From: Candidatus Xenobia bacterium
Lineage (GTDB): Bacteria > Vulcanimicrobiota > Xenobia > Xenobiales > QWHO01
DNA: 64,000 bases
NCBI GenBank assembly: GCA_045863235.1
Contig: BTUM01000015.1
Span: forward strand, 1-64,000
Direction: 5' to 3'
A program made the translations under genes and the position numbers. The notes below the pieces were generated by a model that did not search any database, had not been told where the DNA came from, and saw only the letters and a program-made list of their open reading frames with translations. Positions 57,642 to 64,000 of this stretch are shown here, one piece after another (the first letter of the stretch is position 1; the number at the start of each line of letters is the position of its first letter).

Positions 57642-57728
57642 CTCCCGCGCGTTGACCTGTCTGAACGCGCGGGAGCGCAGACAATCTGTTGAACGGCGCC
57701 GCGCCAACTCCTGAAGCGTTCGACGCGC
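57642..57728 (+). repeat. dispersed double-hairpin repeat, fullest copy C
   Basis: Perfect 12-bp stem CTCCCGCGCGTT/AACGCGCGGGAG, then a segment shared with 30252 and 32073. Confidence 0.8.
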
Positions 57729-57766
57729 GGCGCCTTACCCTCCCGCGATTCCGAGCGCGTGCGTCA

Positions 57767-58045
57767 TCAGGGCGAGGCCCAGCGCACCTCGAATCCGCGC
57801 AGCAACTGCGGGCTCTCCTCGCTCTGCTCCACCAGGCGGACCCAGGAGCCTTCCGGCCCCCGACGCAGGGCCGCCAGCCAGTGCTCTACCGCCTCGGGAG
57901 AGCCTTCGGCCCAGGCTTCCACGGTGCCCTCAGGTCGGTTCAGCACCCAGCCCATCAGTCCGAGTCGTCCGGCCTGGCTGCGCGTGAAGTAACGAAACCC
58001 CACCCCCTGAACGTCCCCGTGCACCACCACCCGAACCGCCCGCAT
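57767..58045 (-). CDS. acyP: acylphosphatase
   Basis: GDVQGVGFR...GWVLN..EGTVE. Confidence 0.92.
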   Translation of the reverse strand: MRAVRVVVHGDVQGVGFRYFTRSQAGRLGLMGWVLNRPEGTVEAWAEGSPEAVEHWLAALRRGPEGSWVRLVEQSEESPQLLRGFEVRWASP

Positions 58046-58094
58046 GCCTCGGCCAATTTCGCATCGACGGTCCAACAGGCCTTCGTGTCACTGT

Positions 58095-58138
58095 AGAAAC
58101 ATCCGGGTAACACCTTCGACCCGGTCACCGGATAGGAT
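58095..58138 (+). promoter_or_regulatory. AGAAAC-N5-GGTAAC-N21-TAGGAT promoter motif
   Basis: GAAACATCCGG is identical to 40052-40062; TAGGATGG as upstream of 8640. Confidence 0.6.
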
Positions 58139-58203
58139 GGTAGCGACCTGAGGGGCTGGTCGGTTTCCATGGGCCAGCCGAGAACGAAAGGGGTTCTATC
58201 AAA

Positions 58204-59382
58204 GTGAACGTCCAGATGACCGCCCATCGGCCCATTCCCGCCACCGGCGCTCCGCCTGCCCAGGCCCAGCAGCCGGCTCAGCCGCCCGCCGGCAAGCCCG
58301 ATGTGGACGAGTTCCAGGCCAACAGCCCCAGCCGTCACGAGCGCACCTTCGAAACCATTTATAACGGCGTGGGCACTCTGGGCGCCCTGACAGACATCGC
58401 CGCCAAGACGGGCCAGGTTCTCAGTCTGGCTGGCCCGCTGGCCGGGTTCCAGGCCGGACCCCTGGCCGGATCGGCTGCCCTGGTGGCCGGCACCTTCGAC
58501 ATCGCCCGCGGCGCCTCGGCCGCCAAGCAGGCCGCCGTCAATCGCGACGGCCTGGGATCGCTGGCCGGCAGCCTGCAAGTGGTGCAGGGCCTGGCCACCT
58601 ATGCCGCCGCCCTGGCCCCCGCCTTCGGAGGCCCGGGCGTTGCCAGCGCCGTCGCCGCCGGTGTGGCTGTGGCCGCCTGGGCCGGACGCAAGGGCGTGGC
58701 CGCCTACGCCAAAGCCCAGGCTGCGCGCGCCGGCGAGGAGAAAGAAGCTTCTTCTCCGTCCTCCCAGCCCGCCGCTCCCTCCAACCCTTCCGTTCCGGGC
58801 AGCTCGCCCCAGCCGTTGGCTCTGGCCTCGACCCCTTCGGGCTCGACGGGCCTTGCGACCGCTGGCATCGAAGAGGCTGATCGCAGCCGCAAGTTCGAGC
58901 AGAGCTTCGCCTTCGTCAACTCGGTGGACCAGTTCTTCCGCGGCATCGGCGGCATCGCTTCCTTTTGGAACGTCGCCGGCGGCGTCTTTTCCGGCAGCGC
59001 GAGCGGCGGACTGTTCGGCATCCCGGGCCTGGGCTTCATCGGCTCGGGCTACACCGTGGCCACGGGTGTGGCCATGACCAAGCACTCGGCCATCAACCGC
59101 AACATGGACGGCACCATCGACGGCGCTCTGCAGACCGTCGGCGGTCTGGCCGCGGTGGCTACCTGCTTGCTCGGTCCGGCCGGAATGGCCCGCATTCCCG
59201 CCATCGTGGCTGCCGGTGCCTTCGTGGCCCGCACAGCCTATCAGATCTACTCCACCTCCAAGCGGTTCGGTGACGGGGACGACAAAGAGAAGAAGAGCCT
59301 CCCTCTCATCGCCGCTCAGGCGGTCATGGACAAGGCCAACCCGTTCGCTGACTCGCGCGGGATGGAGAAGGCCGCCCTCTAG
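58204..59382 (+). CDS. internally duplicated Gly/Ala-rich hydrophobic protein
   Basis: P/Q/A-rich leader; two homologous halves (A.NR...G...G.LQ.V.GLA). Confidence 0.75.
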   Translation: MNVQMTAHRPIPATGAPPAQAQQPAQPPAGKPDVDEFQANSPSRHERTFETIYNGVGTLGALTDIAAKTGQVLSLAGPLAGFQAGPLAGSAALVAGTFDIARGASAAKQAAVNRDGLGSLAGSLQVVQGLATYAAALAPAFGGPGVASAVAAGVAVAAWAGRKGVAAYAKAQAARAGEEKEASSPSSQPAAPSNPSVPGSSPQPLALASTPSGSTGLATAGIEEADRSRKFEQSFAFVNSVDQFFRGIGGIASFWNVAGGVFSGSASGGLFGIPGLGFIGSGYTVATGVAMTKHSAINRNMDGTIDGALQTVGGLAAVATCLLGPAGMARIPAIVAAGAFVARTAYQIYSTSKRFGDGDDKEKKSLPLIAAQAVMDKANPFADSRGMEKAAL

Positions 59383-59386
59383 AACA

Positions 59387-60016
59387 GTGGGGGGGCTGTT
59401 CAAGCAGGCTGATCCGCGGAGCGTCCTGCCCCGGCTCTGCAAGCAGGCGCTGGAGACCGAGTCGGCCAGCACGCCCGCCATAGCCGAGGCGGCGGCCCGC
59501 GTTGGCCTGCCCGTGTCGGAGGCTCAGAAGGCAGCTCTGGACTATGAGCAGGCCAATGTGCTCTGGCTGGCTCTGATCCTGGAGAAGAAGGTCGACACCC
59601 GGGTGCTGGCCCCCCTGGCCATGCCTGCGACCGCCTCCGGCATCGACCTGATGAAAGACACGCCCCGCATCAACTGGTTGCGCAAGGGGGCTCGCTGGCT
59701 GTACGAGGCCAACGACGAGAAGGCTTTCGAGAAGCTTTGGGACATGGCCAGCGTGCCCTTTGAGTTCCCGCCCGACGGCGCATGGAGAGACTTCATCATG
59801 CAGTGGCTCATGCGCTTGTTCAACAACATCACCGATCTCGCTCCCGCGCCGCGTCGGCCGCTTCCGGTGGACATTCGCATCGAAACGGTGGGAAACAAGC
59901 TGGCGGCCCGTCTGTTCCCCGATCTGCCCCACCTGCCCGAGCGCGACAAGAAGGAGCTGAGCTCGGCCATCGGGGGCCCCATTCAGGCCATGCTGAAAGG
60001 CAAGATCAAGGTTTAG
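59387..60016 (+). CDS. hypothetical protein
   Basis: GTG 4 nt after the upstream stop; globular composition. Confidence 0.7.
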   Translation: MGGLFKQADPRSVLPRLCKQALETESASTPAIAEAAARVGLPVSEAQKAALDYEQANVLWLALILEKKVDTRVLAPLAMPATASGIDLMKDTPRINWLRKGARWLYEANDEKAFEKLWDMASVPFEFPPDGAWRDFIMQWLMRLFNNITDLAPAPRRPLPVDIRIETVGNKLAARLFPDLPHLPERDKKELSSAIGGPIQAMLKGKIKV

Positions 60017-60701
60017 GCGCCAGAATGCGCCCGCAGTTGGGGCAGCGGTCCAGCTCATCTTTGGATAGTGCCCGCAGCTTGTGGTCGGGCAGTCCCATTT
60101 TGCAGCCCCCGCAGGTCCCTGACTCCACCGCCGCCACGGCGGTTCCCTTGGCGGCACGCAGCTTGGCGTAGAGGGCCACCGTGTGGTCGGGTAGACCGGC
60201 CACCAACTCGTTGCGAGTGCGACGCAGGCCCAGGAGGTTCTGGCGGATGACCTCCAGGCGCTGCCCGACCTCATGCTCGCGACTCTTGAGGTCTTGTTGA
60301 GCCTGCTCCACGCGGGCGAGTTGCTGGGCGCACTCGGCTTCGAGCAAGCCAACCTCGTCGAGCAGCTCGAGCAGCTCGGTCTCCAGTCGGTCTTTGTCGC
60401 TCTTGACGCCGGCGATCTCGGCTTCGAGCGCGGCCAGTTGGGTCGGGCTGGTCACCATACCGCCGTAGAGCTTCTGGTCCAGGGCCAGGGTCTTGCTCTC
60501 CAGGGCTCGTACATCTTGCTCGCCCTGCCGAAGCCGGTCTTGCAGCTGCTTGAGCCTCTTGACGCGAGCGGCCACCTCGTTTTGCTCGGCCTGCACCTGG
60601 GCCAGCGCACCGGCCACATCCAGCCCTCGCAGCTCTCTCTCGTATCGGTCGGCCTCCTGGTCGAGCCGCTCGAGCTCGAGCAGCCGGGCCGATAAGGTCA
60701 T
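60006..60701 (-). CDS. coiled-coil protein with a C4 zinc ribbon (DUF164/CT398 family)
   Basis: Long coiled coil; CGGC...CPNCGRIL. Confidence 0.9.
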   Translation of the reverse strand: MTLSARLLELERLDQEADRYERELRGLDVAGALAQVQAEQNEVAARVKRLKQLQDRLRQGEQDVRALESKTLALDQKLYGGMVTSPTQLAALEAEIAGVKSDKDRLETELLELLDEVGLLEAECAQQLARVEQAQQDLKSREHEVGQRLEVIRQNLLGLRRTRNELVAGLPDHTVALYAKLRAAKGTAVAAVESGTCGGCKMGLPDHKLRALSKDELDRCPNCGRILAPKP

Positions 60702-61255
60702 TCGCTCACCATCTCGGGCCGGATGATCCCGATGTAGGGCAGCTGGCGATAATGGTTGTTGTAGTCGAGCCCATAACCGATGACGAAATGGTCGTCGATG
60801 GTGAAGCCGAGATAGTCGATTTTCACCTCGACCTGACGCCGGGCCGGTTTCTCAAGCAGGGCGCAGACCTTCAGGCTGGCCGGTTTGCGCAGCGTGAGCG
60901 CGTTGAGGAGGTAATTCAGGGTCAGGCCCGTGTCCACGATGTCTTCCACCACCAGGACGTGGCGGTCTTCGATACGCTCTTCGAGGTCTTTGACGATCTT
61001 GACCACGCCCGAGCTCTTGGTGGAGGCGCCATAGGAAGAGATGCCCATGAAGTCGACCACCACGGGCACGTCCAGGGTGCGCATCAGGTCGGCCGTGAAG
61101 AGCATGGAGCCCTTGAGGATGCAGATCAGGGTCACCTCTTGCCCGGCGTGGTCGGCCGAGATCTGCTGACCCAACTCGCGAATGCGGCTCTGCAGGGTGT
61201 CGCTGTCGATCAGCACGCGCTGAACAGCCTCGTGCACGGTTCCCGACGGGCTCAT
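60698..61255 (-). CDS. hpt: hypoxanthine phosphoribosyltransferase
   Basis: ILKGS, VLVVEDIVDTGLTL and FVIGYGLDY motifs. Confidence 0.95.
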   Translation of the reverse strand: MSPSGTVHEAVQRVLIDSDTLQSRIRELGQQISADHAGQEVTLICILKGSMLFTADLMRTLDVPVVVDFMGISSYGASTKSSGVVKIVKDLEERIEDRHVLVVEDIVDTGLTLNYLLNALTLRKPASLKVCALLEKPARRQVEVKIDYLGFTIDDHFVIGYGLDYNNHYRQLPYIGIIRPEMVSE

Positions 61256-61533
61256 CTGAGGTAGAGCGGCATCCAGGCCAGCAGCGAGGCCTGGCTCAGC
61301 ACCAGGAAGGAGGCTGCCAGGGCCGAGCGGCGCCAGGACGATTCCAGGTTCTTCTGAAAACCGGCTGAGAGAAGCAGGAAGGAAACCAGCTGCAGCAACA
61401 AGACTGTGCCGTCTCGTCGGGTGAAGCCAACGGCTGCCAGCTGCTCGGGCCACAGGAACACGGCCGCGAAGCCCGTGACCAGGGCGAAGAAGGCGGCCAG
61501 ATTGCACCACAGGGTGAACACTTTCCAGCTCAT
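61252..61533 (-). CDS. small membrane protein
   Basis: Three hydrophobic segments; ATGA coupling to hpt. Confidence 0.65.
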   Translation of the reverse strand: MSWKVFTLWCNLAAFFALVTGFAAVFLWPEQLAAVGFTRRDGTVLLLQLVSFLLLSAGFQKNLESSWRRSALAASFLVLSQASLLAWMPLYLR

Positions 61534-61640
61534 GGTGCCGGCTTGCTTCCTGGCGCAGCCCTGGTTTACCTGCTGTTTGTTAGAATATAATTCAAGCACG
61601 CTTTCAATGCCCTTTCAGCCCGCCCGGGCAGACTGCGAGG

Positions 61641-62849
<1,209 letters not shown>

Positions 62850-62919
62850 CCTGCCGTGAATCGTAGACCGGGTAGCCAGGGTCAGAGGTCCACGGCAGGT
62901 GCACCCAGAAACTTTCAGG

Positions 62920-64000
62920 ATGGCAAGGCGACGGGGCGTCGGCCTGGGAACCACCCTGATCGTGACCGCGATCGTGGCCCTGCTGGGTTTTGCCCTGGCC
63001 GGCGCCAGCGTGACCCACATCAACCTGATGACCCACACCGGCAACGCCTCGATGGCCCTCGATCTGGCCCGAAGCTCGGTGCACGTGGCACTCGGTCACC
63101 TGTTCACCGACAAGGACTTCCGCCAGACGGTGACCGTCAATGGTCCGGGCGGAGCGGTCGGACAACTCACCTTCGACCCTGCTCAGGCGACCAGCCTCGG
63201 GATCCCGCTGTCGGAGAACAATCTGACCGGGGGCAGCTCCAAACTGGCCGCCGACAACCAGATGGTGCCCGAGGAAGGGGCTTACCTGGTGGGGGTGGCC
63301 ACCGTGCGGGGGGTGACCCGCCGGGTACGAGCGGTCGTGCACCTGCCGCCCTTCCCGTTCGCGGCGGCCTCGGACGGGCCGATCGTGTCTCCTGGCAGCC
63401 TGGTCGTGGGCTCGCTAAGACCGGGGCAGGATCCCAATTCCCCCCCCAACCGCCTGCTGCCGGCTGACCTGCTGACCAATGACACCGGGCTGGCAGCCCT
63501 GACTCTGGGGCCGGCTACCAACGTGCGCGGCGACCTGCGCTCGGGCGGCGGGGTGAGCCTGGATCCGGGCGTTCAGGTCGGGGGCCGGGTGCTGACCAGT
63601 CAGGCCCCTCGTCTGGTTCCCGTCATGAGCGTGACCGGACTGGACCCGGATCAGCCTGCACCCATCGGTCATCCGTTCCTGGTGCTCCAATCGAGCTACT
63701 CGGGCACGACCTTTACCGGAACTCTGCGGGGGTCCGGCACGGTGACTGTCAACGGGCCCCTCAAGCTGGACCGGGCTCTGGTGTACATCGATGGCAACCT
63801 GGAGATCAACGGGGGCGTGGACGGTACGGGTGTGCTGGTGACGACCGGCAACCTGACAGTGAATGGACAGGCCAGCGTGGTGGCCGACAGCCGGGTGGCC
63901 ATGCTCAGCCAGGGGAAGATCACCCTGGCAGGCAACGGTCCGGTGGGCTCGAGCATCAAGGGGCTGGTTTACGCTGAGGGCGGGGTGGACGCCAAACAGC
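62920..64000 (+). CDS. PilX-like protein, truncated by the window end (absent from the ORF track)
   Basis: MARRRG|VGLGTTLIVTAIVALLGFALAG...A.DLARS; later YIDGNLEINGG..GTGVLVTTGNLTVNG beta-repeats; frame open to 64000. Confidence 0.75.
   Translation, partial: MARRRGVGLGTTLIVTAIVALLGFALAGASVTHINLMTHTGNASMALDLARSSVHVALGHLFTDKDFRQTVTVNGPGGAVGQLTFDPAQATSLGIPLSENNLTGGSSKLAADNQMVPEEGAYLVGVATVRGVTRRVRAVVHLPPFPFAAASDGPIVSPGSLVVGSLRPGQDPNSPPNRLLPADLLTNDTGLAALTLGPATNVRGDLRSGGGVSLDPGVQVGGRVLTSQAPRLVPVMSVTGLDPDQPAPIGHPFLVLQSSYSGTTFTGTLRGSGTVTVNGPLKLDRALVYIDGNLEINGGVDGTGVLVTTGNLTVNGQASVVADSRVAMLSQGKITLAGNGPVGSSIKGLVYAEGGVDAKQ

Overview
A GC-rich, gene-dense bacterial chromosomal segment with about 60 CDSs. 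I saw no rRNA, tRNA, CRISPR array or transposase. Housekeeping and metabolic genes include moaA, murB, a glyoxylate reductase, a hydantoinase with its transporter, arsR-arsM, a GH5 cellulase with two CBM2 domains, a CYP102-type P450-reductase fusion, thiolase, hbd, a biotin carrier protein, comEA, acylphosphatase and hpt. These are interspersed with two PIN-type toxin-antitoxin pairs, a type I secretion-like ABC/HlyD/TolC operon, two PilZ proteins, two PilX-like proteins and many orphan genes. The style of the orphans suggests Vulcanimicrobiota/Eremiobacterota, but that is unverified inference. Main observations: (1) an atypical SecA paralogue with a low-complexity N-terminal leader sits 3 nt downstream of a small His/Pro-rich protein that has a similar leader followed by an internal Sec signal peptide; (2) a small ORF with a signal peptide ends in the RAPP ribosome-arrest motif directly upstream of two CNNM/CorC-family genes; (3) a recurring promoter architecture of 11-bp-phased hexamers plus a TAnnnT box precedes several orphan genes, including the SecA operon; (4) there is a small Gly/Cys-rich peptide gene; (5) a hairpin-forming repeat occurs in three dispersed copies; (6) two genes are frameshifted and two appear to use CTG starts coupled to upstream stops. 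All functional calls come from motif recognition by eye; no database search was run.
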